Of a stretch of 64,000 bases of DNA, positions 11,301 through 20,846 are shown piece by piece. The position numbers and the translations under genes are program-made. Location of the stretch: NCBI GenBank assembly GCA_964583625.1, contig CAZOVA010000001.1, positions 76,465 to 140,464 of the forward strand, written 5' to 3'. The DNA is from an uncultured Pseudomonadales bacterium. GTDB taxonomy: Bacteria; Patescibacteriota; Microgenomatia; UBA1400; PJMF01. Position 1 is the stretch's first letter, and each line of letters begins with the position of its first letter. The notes below the pieces were generated by a model, which worked only from the letters and a program-made list of their open reading frames with translations, was not told the origin of the DNA and made no database searches.

Positions 11301-11903
11301 CTTTGTCTTTCTTCTGATGTATTAGGAGAAATTAAAGGAACAGAAGCTTTGAAAAATTTTTCAGTTGATGATTCTGACATGAGCAGGTTTCATGAGGCAC
11401 ACAAAGCTGCCTATATGACTTTTGTAATGGCTTTGCGACTCTCTGTTCCTGGGGAAATTGATTATATTAAAAATCGTCTTATGAGTGGTGAGGCTTCTCG
11501 AAATCTTCTAAATAATAGAAGATATAAAATGAAAATTATCGCTATGAGAGAAGCGATTCTCCAGGGAGTCAATGATCCTGATAGAAAAGGAGGGTTGAAA
11601 GAAGAGTTTCGTCGTCACCTAATTGATGGAATGAAAGTAGATCTGAGAACTAGGGGAGGCTATGATCGAATGTTTGTTGGAGCAGTCAAATTTAATGATT
11701 GGTTAATTGAATTAGCCAATAGTAACAAGGAGTACCTGCGACCAGTCTCTAAAATTTTACCAGGATATCTAGAAGTGAGAGAGGGAGGGAAATTGGTTAG
11801 ATTAGAGGTTCCCAAAGAAGGCTGGATGAGGCGCAAATGGTTTCAGGAGGACCGTCTCAGAATGCCCTCAAGTCCTTTTTTAAGAAGAGTCCCAGAAAAA
11901 TAA
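8364..11903 (+). CDS. giant acidic, K/E-rich cytoplasmic hypothetical protein (1179 aa); no TM, no signal peptide, no Walker motifs seen
   Basis: Single uninterrupted ORF with coiled-coil-like N-terminal third. Confidence 0.7.
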   Translation: MNEFSPYKFDSEKLDKLSRASTEDKQEQKDKLRSEYILRIFSKQASSEYAFQDETFTLRQIRGEIRSLSGQKDTKEKLQKINELVKKIQTKIDSMDVLINTEKLDIQDSTELDPSMQELEKDDPDWKKNYSKKVSPLVEEQMAWRYLLEEIDKIKTRDKPTEEREGEDEASEESRSRSREETRREEGVDFSEVERKALAFLENQDEKNKDLDIEDAKIVELIKELRKEIPKQELILETRKKQYERASEGKDKSKSEIREALDAFVEEKERLRLFVETVAKYERLKQQKEGRITPADKKNYVEEIDFESRGYNGLELKEKIVNECLEQGENKLRNLTSIIYLVKKLNSENLVSGTEDLIKILEDLSEREENKGKLADYLDSQEPEGLFEKTGSAIKNLELGPKITVNVDYPEGLDDEEKNRYKTAARNNISEEYRDLIKDTVYSCLAKMIVDLEISFEGADMISSKAREFDNKFLTIDQILGVMNSYKGFFEVTDTSNMAITKVLEKRKEQLLQSMEARGVDKDFIAGFMSQIDNIKDALDFGFLRNDVLNYRYLGARWTKDAEGNRIPQVVERMSSVISIGKKGIDAQRVNTNINGEQQTMKIGEYFDNRLEWSDEMGILQQILCVVKQELMKQPIGSGLRSKNGADESKYSMANLFNSQEKVNDLIGDVIEGRVQYTFFNGEPIKCKNKEGRFEEINIAKTIKEMNLGSEEKAILMQMAMMLASARDFGGDATSYHMAYNLTASKLPPEATDPRTFDKPAAGIYYESRNNQEKIPSCFFVLTNLEAGSLFNREDADSPGFIEKYEIAAKATTAWARLMAEFPQLQNIQFLEGTRSDNKEANTDERYVLKPAELSPEDNEGRQTYKDYCVCHSFDGRVLPSIGHFVSQRERKLEQKTGDEKKQIDASTYPPDAYLKLFAAHQRLFERGDLATNLEEVKRKFFTPEGEIKHDDIVQEISSCNTDIAILMSYLGPWKEKTKLCLSSDVLGEIKGTEALKNFSVDDSDMSRFHEAHKAAYMTFVMALRLSVPGEIDYIKNRLMSGEASRNLLNNRRYKMKIIAMREAILQGVNDPDRKGGLKEEFRRHLIDGMKVDLRTRGGYDRMFVGAVKFNDWLIELANSNKEYLRPVSKILPGYLEVREGGKLVRLEVPKEGWMRRKWFQEDRLRMPSSPFLRRVPEK

Positions 11904-12008
11904 TATCAGCGACTATCTATTTTTTAGTATGAAGCTTTAGTTTTAGAGTTTATCAGAAAGCACCCTATTTTTCTGTAAGTTTTGCAGAAAATCGAGGATT
12001 TTTAAATA

Positions 12009-14087
12009 TTACTTTTCTGCCAAATCATCACTTGGGAGTTTTGTTCTTGCTGGATTGTTCGCTTCCTCTCCCGCTTTAGCTCCATCAAATGAGCCAGTAG
12101 CCCCGTCAGCGGTAAAGCTTTTCTTTTTAAACAAGTAGCTTGGATATTTAGCCCCATTATCGAGCCAACTCTTAAAGCTTTTGTTTTCATTCAACCATTT
12201 GTCTACTTCTCCTGTGTCTCTTCTCGCACTAGTTAAATGATCCTTTAATTTTTCAGCCCTTTGGACAATTTTTTTATATTTATCTATATGCCATTTTGAA
12301 GGTTCCACAGAGGGTTTAAAAACCGATTTTGCCACATTGATAAAATTTCCAGAGCCGAGATCTCTTCCTATTACTGAATATTTTATAGTGCTTGATCTGC
12401 CTTTTCTATAAGCACTTTTTCCATAATCTATTAATCCTCTACGAAAACTAGCATCTGGATCTATTCCCATTCCTTTTCGGAAAGCACCTCGGGACCCTTC
12501 ATAGGAGTCTCTTATACTTAAACCAGATCTCTTTAGGTCTGAAAAACTTTTAGCCTTTTCTTTTATTCCTGAACCAAGAGGCCTTAATAGCCCTCCGCCA
12601 ACTGCTCCAGCTGTACCAACCGCTATTGAGGCCCCCAGAGGAGCTTGTTTTCTGAAGTTTTGCCCAGCTGCAGTGGCAATTTCACCAAAGAAGCCCTCGT
12701 TGCCACCGCCCAATTTTTTCTTGATATTATTAACAATCTCTGGCATAGCCAATAAAATGCCCAAAGAGACAATTGTTCCCACCGAGCCAGTTACTTTATC
12801 TCCAGAATAATCTCCATTATTAAAAATCAAATAGGGGGCTAAAAACCCTCTAGGTCTTTCACTCTCTTGAGCAATAGCTCTTCCTAGTGGAGCTTCACTG
12901 ACAGTTTGAGCTTGAAAAAAATTATTGACGGTGGAATTAATTACCAACATAAAAAAAGTAATTACAAAAGGAGACAGATTGGCAATAATAGACATAATCC
13001 ACCTTTGAAAACTCTTACTTCCAGGGATAGCAGTCAACATGAGACTAAAGGGGGCAAAAATAATATTCATGATGACTATAGCATATGATCTCAAGAGTAA
13101 AAACAAAAGACGAAAGAGATTAACAGCAATGGCGATAATAATAATTGCCGTCGCTAGAACACCAGTAAGAGTTGAAAGCACACCTTTAAAGATGCCCACT
13201 ATACCACCTATACTTGCAAATAAGCCTTCAGATATAGTATTAACAGATCCAAAGACATTTCCTAAATCTCCAATCAACACCATGTTCATGACCGTACCGA
13301 AATTACCATTAACCAAACTATTAGCACTAGTATTGCCACTGAAATTTAAAAAAGTGGTGAAGGCATACATGATCCAATACATTAAATCGATTAAGAAGCC
13401 AGCAATCGCATAAGAGAAGGTGACAGCAATTAAAGCTAAGACAATTCTTGGCAGCGCTTGTTGAGCCGTGACCGCTGCTTGCCCACCAATTTTTTGACGG
13501 AAAAGAATCATAAAACTGATAGCGATAATCACAACTGTAAAGAAAATGTAGGCAATATTGCGGAACATTCGCCAGAGTTGCAAATAAGGAGTAAGAGAAT
13601 AATAGCCAAAACCCTGGGCATAAGCAGGTGAAATAACACCTAGATTTTTGAGCGATTCAGCCACAAAATAAGTTCCGCTGGCTGGGGGTTGATAAGTCCA
13701 AGCAAAAATTTTCCCCATTTGACCCATTAAACCACCAGTATTAGTGGTCCCGCCACCAACGGTGGCTGAGGGAGTCCCGATTAGTAGGCCAGTATAGCCT
13801 AAAACTTGAGAAGTCTGCATGGAAGAGGTAAAACAGTCTAGATTGGCGACATTACATTTAGCTCCCTCGAAAAAATCTAGAGTTCTTGTCTCAGACTCCA
13901 CATATTCAGTATTGAGTTGAGTAATTTTAACTTGAGAAGGGCTAGCAAGACTAGGATCGGAGATAGTAATAACCTGATTGTCGTTTTGGGCAAAAATTCT
14001 TCCCCCAATAAGAACTATTACAGCTAAACCAACCAAAATAAAGGAAACATTAGTAACCAATCGCCCCAATTTTTTCGGCATCTTCAT
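12009..14087 (-). CDS. polytopic membrane protein (692 aa) with signal peptide, about 6-7 TM helices and a Gly-rich hydrophilic C-terminal tail; VirB6/TrbL-like topology (tentative)
   Basis: N-terminal signal (LVGLAVIVLIGG), a cluster of TM helices at residues about 180-400, Gly-rich stretches (GGGTTNTGG, GTAGAVGGGLL). Assignment rests on topology resemblance only. Confidence 0.6.
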   Translation of the reverse strand: MKMPKKLGRLVTNVSFILVGLAVIVLIGGRIFAQNDNQVITISDPSLASPSQVKITQLNTEYVESETRTLDFFEGAKCNVANLDCFTSSMQTSQVLGYTGLLIGTPSATVGGGTTNTGGLMGQMGKIFAWTYQPPASGTYFVAESLKNLGVISPAYAQGFGYYSLTPYLQLWRMFRNIAYIFFTVVIIAISFMILFRQKIGGQAAVTAQQALPRIVLALIAVTFSYAIAGFLIDLMYWIMYAFTTFLNFSGNTSANSLVNGNFGTVMNMVLIGDLGNVFGSVNTISEGLFASIGGIVGIFKGVLSTLTGVLATAIIIIAIAVNLFRLLFLLLRSYAIVIMNIIFAPFSLMLTAIPGSKSFQRWIMSIIANLSPFVITFFMLVINSTVNNFFQAQTVSEAPLGRAIAQESERPRGFLAPYLIFNNGDYSGDKVTGSVGTIVSLGILLAMPEIVNNIKKKLGGGNEGFFGEIATAAGQNFRKQAPLGASIAVGTAGAVGGGLLRPLGSGIKEKAKSFSDLKRSGLSIRDSYEGSRGAFRKGMGIDPDASFRRGLIDYGKSAYRKGRSSTIKYSVIGRDLGSGNFINVAKSVFKPSVEPSKWHIDKYKKIVQRAEKLKDHLTSARRDTGEVDKWLNENKSFKSWLDNGAKYPSYLFKKKSFTADGATGSFDGAKAGEEANNPARTKLPSDDLAEK

Positions 14088-14144
14088 AAACTGTTAGTCA
14101 TTATAGCGCAACTTCTATTTTCATGCAAGACTATTTTACTGTTA

Positions 14145-15245
14145 TTATTCCAAAAAATCTTGTAACTTTTTTCTACGGCTAGGATTACGCAAATTTCTCA
14201 ATGCTTTGCTTTCAATTTGGCGAATTCTTTCTCTGGTGACGCCAAACTCTTTCCCCACCTCTTCCAAAGTCATCATTCGACTATTGGATAAACCAAATCT
14301 CATCCGCAACACTTTTGCCTCGCGATCATTAAGGCCCTCAAGGATATCTTCAATATTTTCAGCTAACATTTGTCGGCTAGCACTATCATAAGGGGTAGCC
14401 ATGCGATTGTCGGCCACAAAATCGCCCAAAACGCTATCTTCTTCACCGTCATCGCCCACGGGAGATTCTAAAGAAACGGTATTTTGCGAGATTTTATAAA
14501 TTTCTCTTACTCTATCTGGGGTAAGGTTCATTTCTCTAGCAATCTCATCAATTGTGGGCTCGCGCCCCAATTCTTGCATAATCTTGCGACTGGTACGCAT
14601 AAGAGCATTAATGGTTTCAACCATATGAACGGGGACGCGGATAGTTCTCGCTTGGTCAGCAATTGAGCGAGTGATAGCTTGTCTAATCCACCAAGTAGCA
14701 TAAGTAGAAAACTTAAAACCCTTAGTCCAATCATACTTATCGACTGCTCGAATCAAACCCTTATTGCCTTCTTGAATTAAGTCTAAGAAACTCATTCCTC
14801 GACCAATATACTTTTTTGCAATCGCTACCACTAGCCTTAAATTGGCATTGATTATTTTTTGTTTAGCTCTCTCGCTTCCTTTTTCTACCTGCTGAGCCAG
14901 ACGGATTTCCTCTTCACGAGAAAGAAGAGAGACTCGACCAATTTCTTTTAAATACATCCTGACCGGATCAGAAACAGTGCTATTATTAAAATTGGCAATA
15001 GTTTCCAATTCGCTTTTGAGCAAATCGGCTGTTTCTTGTCCACATTCTTCTTTGGCTACAGACTCGCAAATGGTGATACTAGCTCTTTCCGCTCGATCAT
15101 AAAAACTATCCAAAGCTTCAATATACAGTTCTGGCTCAATGAAGGTCTGTAGAATATCTTCTTGAGAAATATTACCGTTTTCTCGACCTTTGGCGAAGAG
15201 TTTTTCGATGTCGACAGCTAGAGCTTTGGGAAGTTTTTTACTCAT
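14145..15245 (-). CDS. rpoD: RNA polymerase primary sigma factor (sigma-70 family)
   Basis: Region 1.2/2 ([26 protein letters not shown]), region 2.4 ([28 protein letters not shown]), region 4 ([29 protein letters not shown]). Confidence 0.9.
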   Translation of the reverse strand: MSKKLPKALAVDIEKLFAKGRENGNISQEDILQTFIEPELYIEALDSFYDRAERASITICESVAKEECGQETADLLKSELETIANFNNSTVSDPVRMYLKEIGRVSLLSREEEIRLAQQVEKGSERAKQKIINANLRLVVAIAKKYIGRGMSFLDLIQEGNKGLIRAVDKYDWTKGFKFSTYATWWIRQAITRSIADQARTIRVPVHMVETINALMRTSRKIMQELGREPTIDEIAREMNLTPDRVREIYKISQNTVSLESPVGDDGEEDSVLGDFVADNRMATPYDSASRQMLAENIEDILEGLNDREAKVLRMRFGLSNSRMMTLEEVGKEFGVTRERIRQIESKALRNLRNPSRRKKLQDFLE

Positions 15246-15334
15246 ATTATAAAGATGCGATATTATAACATAAGATAGAGTCTTTTTATGCTACAATAAA
15301 TCTGAAAAATCAAATCAAAATTAGAAAAACCTTC

Positions 15335-16465
15335 ATGTCTTACAAAGTAGCTTTAGTCCATGATTTTTTGGCAGAATATGGTGGGGCGGAAAGAGTAGTG
15401 GAAGCGCTGCATCAGCTTTTTCCCAAAGCTCCCCTTTATGTCGCTTTTGCTGACCTAAGTTCTTTTGGCAGTCAGCGGAAAAATTTTTCCAAAATGGACA
15501 TTCGTTTTACTTGGCTACAATATATTCCCTTCGTTAGTCGCTGGCGCTCACCTTTGCGTCTTTTAGCACCAGGCGCTTTCGCCAAATTAAACTTATCAAC
15601 TTATGATGTAGTGGTTTCTTCCAGCAATGCCTACCACGCCAAGTCCGTTAAAGTCCCCAAAGGAATTCATTTATGTTATTGTCACACTCCGCCACGATCA
15701 CTTTATGGCTTTGACGCCTCTAGTAATTGGCAAAAAAACCCCTTAGTTAAATTGGGTGGACAGTTAATAAATCATTTTTTAAGACAAAAAGATTTTCTCG
15801 CCGCACAAAAAATTGATCAGATTATAGTTAACTCGCAAACAGTGGCTCAGAGAGTTAAAAAATACTGGCGACGGGAGAGTGTAGTCATTTATCCGCCCGT
15901 AGCTTTGGTGGAAAAGGCTCCTAAAATCTCTCCCTTAAAAAAAAGAAATTACTATCTTTTTGTCAATCGCTTAAATTATGCGAAACATCCAGAAATCGCC
16001 ATTCAAGCTTGTTTAGATTTACATCTGCCTTTAAAAATAGTTGGAGTTGGTCCCTTAAGGTCTAGTTTGGAGCAGCTCAGTCAAAAAGATCGGACCTCTC
16101 AGATTGAATTTTTGGGAGGAGTAGGGGATGAAGAACTAGTCAAGCTTTATAGTGGAGCTAAAGCGGTACTTTATCCAGTTATCGACGAGGATTTTGGCAT
16201 TGTCCCGATTGAGGCCATGGCTTTTGGCACCCCAGTTATTGCTCATCGTTCTGGTGGACCAACGGAAACTATTATTGAAAATAAAACTGGAGTCTTTTTT
16301 GATGATTTAAAAGTAGCCAGTCTTAAAGAGGCGATACAAAGAGCTGAGCAAATAAGTTTTGACTTCCAAACCCTCCATCGCCAAGCTTTAAAATTTAGCC
16401 AAAAAAACTTTCAGGATAAAATTCTCAATTTAGTGGAAAAAACAATTGCCAATAAACGAAAATAA
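15335..16465 (+). CDS. glycosyltransferase family 4 (GT-B, GT1/GT4 clan)
   Basis: MSYKVALVHDFLAEYGGAERVVEAL N-terminus and C-terminal EDFGIVPIEAMAFGTPVIA motif (EX7E-like). Confidence 0.8.
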   Translation: MSYKVALVHDFLAEYGGAERVVEALHQLFPKAPLYVAFADLSSFGSQRKNFSKMDIRFTWLQYIPFVSRWRSPLRLLAPGAFAKLNLSTYDVVVSSSNAYHAKSVKVPKGIHLCYCHTPPRSLYGFDASSNWQKNPLVKLGGQLINHFLRQKDFLAAQKIDQIIVNSQTVAQRVKKYWRRESVVIYPPVALVEKAPKISPLKKRNYYLFVNRLNYAKHPEIAIQACLDLHLPLKIVGVGPLRSSLEQLSQKDRTSQIEFLGGVGDEELVKLYSGAKAVLYPVIDEDFGIVPIEAMAFGTPVIAHRSGGPTETIIENKTGVFFDDLKVASLKEAIQRAEQISFDFQTLHRQALKFSQKNFQDKILNLVEKTIANKRK

Positions 16466-16469
16466 GTCC

Positions 16470-17165
16470 CTAAAAGTCCCGATCAATTAATCGGGCGATT
16501 TCTAGATCAAAAGGAAAAGTAACCTTCAAATTTTTGTGGTCGTTTTCCACCACTCGAACTTTTTTTTGCAAAAATTTTGTAACCAGTTCGCTTTCATCAG
16601 TCATTTTTTGATAATTAGCTTCCAAAGCTCGATCATAGGCTTGCAAAATTAGTTTTCTTTTAAAAACTTGAGGTGTTTGCGCTTGCCAAATTTGCTCCCG
16701 ATTGGCGGCATCATAATTATCTTTTTTTTGATCAACAATTTTGATACTATCAGTTGCTCGTGCCGCGACTAAGGCAGCCCCTGTCTTTTCAGCCACCTTG
16801 AAACTTTCAACAATCGTCTTTTTTTTAATCAATGGGCGAGCTCCATCATGAATAGCCACAATTTCTCCTTTGCTAGCCTTGATGCCCGCGAGTGAAGACT
16901 GCCAACGCTCTTTTCCTTGTCCATCAATAATTCTAATCCTTTTCTCTTGAGGAAATTTTTCTTTGAGCAGTTTTTCATAAAGGCTTAATTTGGTGGCATT
17001 AGCTACCACAACAATTTCGTCAACAATCGGCAAGAGAAAAGCCTCAATGCTTTTTTCCAAAATTTTTTTACCATTAATCTCCATCAACAACTTATCAGTG
17101 CCAAACCTAGTGCCATTGCCAGCGGCAGTGATTACAACGCTATTTTTTATTTTTTTCTTAGGCAT
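16470..17165 (-). CDS. IspD/TarI-family cytidylyltransferase (2-C-methylerythritol-4-P or ribitol-5-P cytidylyltransferase-like)
   Basis: VITAAGNGTRFG nucleotide-binding loop and IHDGARPL motif. The glycosyltransferase context favours a CDP-alditol (TarI-like) role, which is inference. Confidence 0.65.
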   Translation of the reverse strand: MPKKKIKNSVVITAAGNGTRFGTDKLLMEINGKKILEKSIEAFLLPIVDEIVVVANATKLSLYEKLLKEKFPQEKRIRIIDGQGKERWQSSLAGIKASKGEIVAIHDGARPLIKKKTIVESFKVAEKTGAALVAARATDSIKIVDQKKDNYDAANREQIWQAQTPQVFKRKLILQAYDRALEANYQKMTDESELVTKFLQKKVRVVENDHKNLKVTFPFDLEIARLIDRDF

Positions 17166-17227
17166 AACTTATAATTAGTCGTGAAAGCAATTGCAAATCA
17201 TGCAAAAAGATCGCTTATAATAACTCT

Positions 17228-18073
17228 ATGTCGCCAAAATTTTCACTCATCGTTGTTAATTATAATAGCGCGACTCAAACTTTGGCTATGATTAATTCTT
17301 TTTTGAAGAATCATACAAAGAGCTCCGTTAAGTTTGAAATTGTTATTGTTGACAATCATTCAAAGCCAGCAGATAAAAATTTATTAAAAGATAATTTAAA
17401 AAAAATAGACTTTGGAGCAATAAAAACCTTTTTTTTACCCACCAATATTGGCTTTGGCCAAGCAAACAATTTAGCCGTTAAGCACAGTAGAGGAGAGTTT
17501 TTACTTTTTCTTAATCCAGATACTATTTGTCTTGAGAGCCTAGCGCCACTTTTTACCATGCTCGAAAAAGAAGAGATAGGAATAGTTGCTCCACAATTAG
17601 TTTTGAGTGACGGTAGACAACAAGCGGAAGCACAAGGAGATTTTCCCAATCTTTTGACTATTTTTAAAAAGAAGCTCTTTTTTTTGTCAATAAAAAAAGC
17701 AACTCAGCCTAAATTTAATAATGAAAAAAAGAAAAAAATTATTAGGTGTGATTGGTTATCTGCTGGCTGTTTTGCTTGTCGAAAGAACCTTTTTGAGTTA
17801 TTAGGCGGATTTGACCCACAATTTTTTATGTATTTTGAAGATATTGACTTATGTCGGCGCGCTAGCAACTTGCAAAAGCAAAACTATTTATTGCCGTCAT
17901 TGTCAGTTATTCATTTAGGAGGAGAAAGAAAAACAATGACTAGAGCGCGCCGGCGCGCTTATTTTTCTTCGCAAAAAAAATACTTTCAATCTTGGCATCC
18001 TTGGCAATTACCTTTATTGCTTTTTTTTCGCTTCCCGTATCAAGTTTTTTGTTTTTTAACCGACTCGCCATGA
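17228..18073 (+). CDS. glycosyltransferase family 2
   Basis: FSLIVVNYNSATQT N-terminus and DxD-containing GT-A core. 4-nt ATGA overlap with the next gene. Confidence 0.8.
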   Translation: MSPKFSLIVVNYNSATQTLAMINSFLKNHTKSSVKFEIVIVDNHSKPADKNLLKDNLKKIDFGAIKTFFLPTNIGFGQANNLAVKHSRGEFLLFLNPDTICLESLAPLFTMLEKEEIGIVAPQLVLSDGRQQAEAQGDFPNLLTIFKKKLFFLSIKKATQPKFNNEKKKKIIRCDWLSAGCFACRKNLFELLGGFDPQFFMYFEDIDLCRRASNLQKQNYLLPSLSVIHLGGERKTMTRARRRAYFSSQKKYFQSWHPWQLPLLLFFRFPYQVFCFLTDSP

Positions 18074-19347
18074 AAAAATTTTCTCGTCTTCTAGTATTAA
18101 CAATTTTAGGCTCTCTTGCATTAGGACAGCTTACTCGCTGGCAAATCAATCCTACCACTGCTTTTTATTTTCATGACTTTTTGCTGGTTATTTTTCTTCT
18201 TTTTCATTTACCGAGTCTGTATAAACAAGTGATTAGTTTAAGTAAAAGCATTTTTTCTCAACTAAAAAATTTTACTATAGTAAAAAAGTTAAACTTAGCC
18301 CTTTTAACTATTTTTTTGTTAGTTTTTTTATATCAAACCTTTAGCTATTTACTGCCCGCTTTATACTTTTTACGCTTTTTTGCCTATATTATTTTTTTGC
18401 TCCAAGTTTATCAACAAAGACTTTTTACGCAAAAGGAATGGCAAAAAATTTTCACCTGTTTTTTCTTTAGTTTGGCACTGATCGGTTTAGGACAGTATCT
18501 TTTTTTACCAGATACCAGTTATTTGGAAAATTGGGGTTGGGACGATCATCGTTATCGCTTAATTGGTAGTTGGTTTGATCCCTCTTTTCAAGGCTTAGCT
18601 TATGTTTTCGGTCTTGTGTTTACTTTTGCTTTAGGGAAAAATAAGAAAACTAAAAATTGGTTTTTGTTTTTATTACTTTTTGCCGTTCTACTTTTAACTT
18701 ATTCCCGTTCTTCTTTTTTAGCGCTTTTGCTTATTTTTCTAGCTTATCTATTGAGTTGCCGACTTTTAATTTTAAAAGAAAAGAAGTTGGCTTTTAATAA
18801 AAATATTTTACTGTTTATTTTTACTCTCGGCTTCTTTTTTTTATTAAGCTACTTTCTTTTTGTCTACCAAGCAAGAAACTATTTATCGGATTCTACTAAT
18901 TTATTGCGGACCAATTCTTTAGTCCTTCGTTATCAAAATTTTTATCAACAACTTCAAAGTTTTACAGTCAAAACCTGGTTTTTTGGCGATGGTTTTTTAG
19001 GTATTGGCCAAAAAGAACCTTTTTCTTTTAGTAATAATGATCTTTTTTGGTCGAAATGGCTTTTGGCAAAAGAAAATCTGACAGTAGCTAAAAAAACTTT
19101 ACCGATAGCTGATAATTTTCTCATTCTTTTGATTAAAAGTTTTGGTTTGCCAATAGCGATTTTTGTTCTCTGGCAATTATGGAGACTATTCCTTTGCTGG
19201 TGGAAACAAAAATCGCCAGTTTTTTACTTAAGTCTGGCTCTTTTTATTCATGCTCAATTTAATCAAGCTGTTTTTCAGCCCTTTGTGCTTTTAACTTTTG
19301 GCTTGCTAATGATTTATTTTCTCCACCAAAAGCAAGGCAGTAAATAA
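18070..19347 (+). CDS. polytopic membrane protein, O-antigen ligase / Wzy-like polymerase family (tentative)
   Basis: About 10-12 TM helices with a large loop. Start chosen at MKKFSRLLV (ATG 18070), which overlaps the GT2 stop codon. Confidence 0.5.
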   Translation: MKKFSRLLVLTILGSLALGQLTRWQINPTTAFYFHDFLLVIFLLFHLPSLYKQVISLSKSIFSQLKNFTIVKKLNLALLTIFLLVFLYQTFSYLLPALYFLRFFAYIIFLLQVYQQRLFTQKEWQKIFTCFFFSLALIGLGQYLFLPDTSYLENWGWDDHRYRLIGSWFDPSFQGLAYVFGLVFTFALGKNKKTKNWFLFLLLFAVLLLTYSRSSFLALLLIFLAYLLSCRLLILKEKKLAFNKNILLFIFTLGFFFLLSYFLFVYQARNYLSDSTNLLRTNSLVLRYQNFYQQLQSFTVKTWFFGDGFLGIGQKEPFSFSNNDLFWSKWLLAKENLTVAKKTLPIADNFLILLIKSFGLPIAIFVLWQLWRLFLCWWKQKSPVFYLSLALFIHAQFNQAVFQPFVLLTFGLLMIYFLHQKQGSK

Positions 19348-19500
19348 AAATTTTAATCTTTAGTAAAATTTTTGGTGATTGAATAATTAGCAAATCTATT
19401 AATTGTTTTAGTTCAAAAATTGAATTTTTAAGTGGACGTTTTCTTAAAAAATTGCTTTTGAAGTAAGGTATAATAACCTTGCTTGAGTTTTTTAAAATTT

Positions 19501-19574
19501 CGGAGTGTAGCTCAGATGGCTAGAGTGCGCGCTTTGGGAGCGTGAGGTCGCAGGTTCGAATCCTGTCACTCCGA
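19501..19574 (+). tRNA. tRNA-Pro (anticodon UGG)
   Basis: Manual fold: 7-bp acceptor CGGAGTG/CACTCCG, D-arm GCTC/GAGT, anticodon stem CGCGC/GCGTG with loop TTTGGGA, 5-nt variable loop, T-arm GCAGG-TTCGAAT-CCTGT, discriminator A, no encoded CCA. Strong resemblance to E. coli tRNA-Pro 3' half. Confidence 0.85.
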
Positions 19575-19704
19575 CATTTGCCTTTTTGAAAATAGAACTT
19601 AGATTTTAGTTTTCCTCTTTTCCAGTTTAATTTTTCAATTTCGTTTAGTATTGTCGTTGATTTCTAATACTTGATGTTTTTTTCTCCACTCAACATTTTA
19701 TTCC

Positions 19705-19733
19705 TTGACAAATCTTATCTGGTAAAATATAAT
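19705..19733 (+). promoter_or_regulatory. perfect consensus sigma70 promoter TTGACA-17-TATAAT
   Basis: ttccTTGACAaatcttatctggtaaaaTATAATttg, about 160 nt upstream of the GTG start of the radical-SAM gene. Confidence 0.55.
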
Positions 19734-19748
19734 TTGTCTATGTTTGTG

Positions 19749-19860
19749 CTACTAATAAGAGGTAATTTTGTCTTATAGTAGTACATCAGTTCTTTCACAT
19801 GATGATTTAAAGATGGCTTTAAATTGGTGGGTATCTTGCCCGCCAGCTTAAAGCCATCTT
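19749..19860 (+). promoter_or_regulatory. structured 5' leader: hairpin 1 (19749-19781, 11 bp with 1-nt bulge) and extended hairpin 2 (19810-19860; 13-bp perfect outer stem AAGATGGCTTTAA/TTAAAGCCATCTT, inner 7-bp stem TGGTGGG/CCCGCCA, 7-nt loop)
   Basis: Base-pairing read directly from the sequence. Ends about 12 nt before the SD AAAGGAGGAG. No U-tract, so not an intrinsic terminator. Confidence 0.35.
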
Positions 19861-19892
19861 GAGATAGTTGGCTAAAAAGGAGGAGAGTAAAA

Positions 19893-20840
19893 GTGGCAAT
19901 TCAATCACTTAGCATTAATCTGACAAAAATGACTAATTATGGAACACTTATTTGTGATGGAAAATGTCCGCAGTGTATTGCCAAAGCAACTTGGAAAACT
20001 GGCGTTCCAAACAATGATCTGATTTCACTCAATCTAAGCAAAGCCCTTAACTATGCCAAACTTCACGGGGTAGATACGGTCGTTTTTACTGGCTCTGTTG
20101 AGCCCTGCATTTGTTCTGAACTCATTTCGCTGGTTTGCCGCGTCAAAGACGCTGGCATTCCATCCATTGAAATTCAAACAAATGGTTACAAAATTTCGCA
20201 GGACAACTATGATCTGCTAAAAAAACTAAAACAGGCAGGACTCACAACAGTGGCGATTTCGGTCAACCACATTGATCCGATTGAGAACAATCGACGCATG
20301 GGCTTCAAAGATAATAGTTACAATTACAAAAACCTTCTTACTAAAATCAAATCTCTCGGTGGGATTTTAGGAAGAGTTTCCTTCAACTTAACTAAGGGAA
20401 GCTTTTTCGAAGACAGACTGAGCATGCTCGGTCTTGAAGAGGGAATGTCTTTCCCAGAACAATTCGTAGAACAACATTTTGTTCCCTGGGCTAAAGAAAT
20501 GAGCGCTATCGGCGCTCATCAGTTGACATTAAGAACAATGGGGAAAGCACTTAATCCGCTCAACACTGATGAAGCGCGAGCGGTTGGGCAGTGGGTCGAC
20601 GACAATCCATTTCCCGAAGATTACAGACTTGCCATTTTTAATTATATTCAAAACGGCAAGTTTCCTCGATTGCGTCGTCTTTACTATGGTCCTTATGTTT
20701 ATAGTTTTTTTGGTATGACTATTGTAGGGACCACCTGTAAACAAGAAGAAACAGTAAACGAAAACGAAATTCGTGGTATCATACTCCAGCCAGATGGGAA
20801 TGTCCATCATAGCTGGGATTATCCAAGCATCATCATTTGA
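19893..20840 (+). CDS. radical SAM protein, NrdG/QueE-like activase subclass with about 150-aa C-terminal extension; orphan (no nrdD or que genes nearby)
   Basis: GTG start with strong SD. CDGKCPQCIAKATW matches the CxxxCPxCxxKxTW cluster of class III RNR activase NrdG and the CDYSCSWCDSAFTW of QueE (from memory). Downstream TVVFTGSVEP and IQTNGYKI resemble the GG-EP and TNG radical-SAM core motifs. Confidence 0.6.
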   Translation: MAIQSLSINLTKMTNYGTLICDGKCPQCIAKATWKTGVPNNDLISLNLSKALNYAKLHGVDTVVFTGSVEPCICSELISLVCRVKDAGIPSIEIQTNGYKISQDNYDLLKKLKQAGLTTVAISVNHIDPIENNRRMGFKDNSYNYKNLLTKIKSLGGILGRVSFNLTKGSFFEDRLSMLGLEEGMSFPEQFVEQHFVPWAKEMSAIGAHQLTLRTMGKALNPLNTDEARAVGQWVDDNPFPEDYRLAIFNYIQNGKFPRLRRLYYGPYVYSFFGMTIVGTTCKQEETVNENEIRGIILQPDGNVHHSWDYPSIII

Positions 20841-20846
20841 AAAATT

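Noticed and set aside
17941-17956. Perfect 16-bp GC palindrome AGCGCGCCGGCGCGCT.
   Set aside because: It lies inside the GT2 coding sequence, where it encodes an Arg/Ala-rich segment. It is most likely a coding coincidence, not a regulatory site.
19441-19474. Promoter for tRNA-Pro (TATAAT at 19469-19474 with TTGCTT upstream).
   Set aside because: The spacer to the nearest -35-like hexamer is only 11 nt, and there is no TG extension. It is too weak to call as a feature.
19810-19860. Identification of the leader hairpin as a preQ1 or other known riboswitch, or as an NrdR box.
   Set aside because: It does not match the short preQ1-I/II consensus as I recall it. It also does not match the NrdR box (acaCwAtATaTwGtgt-like). 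I left it as an unclassified structured leader.
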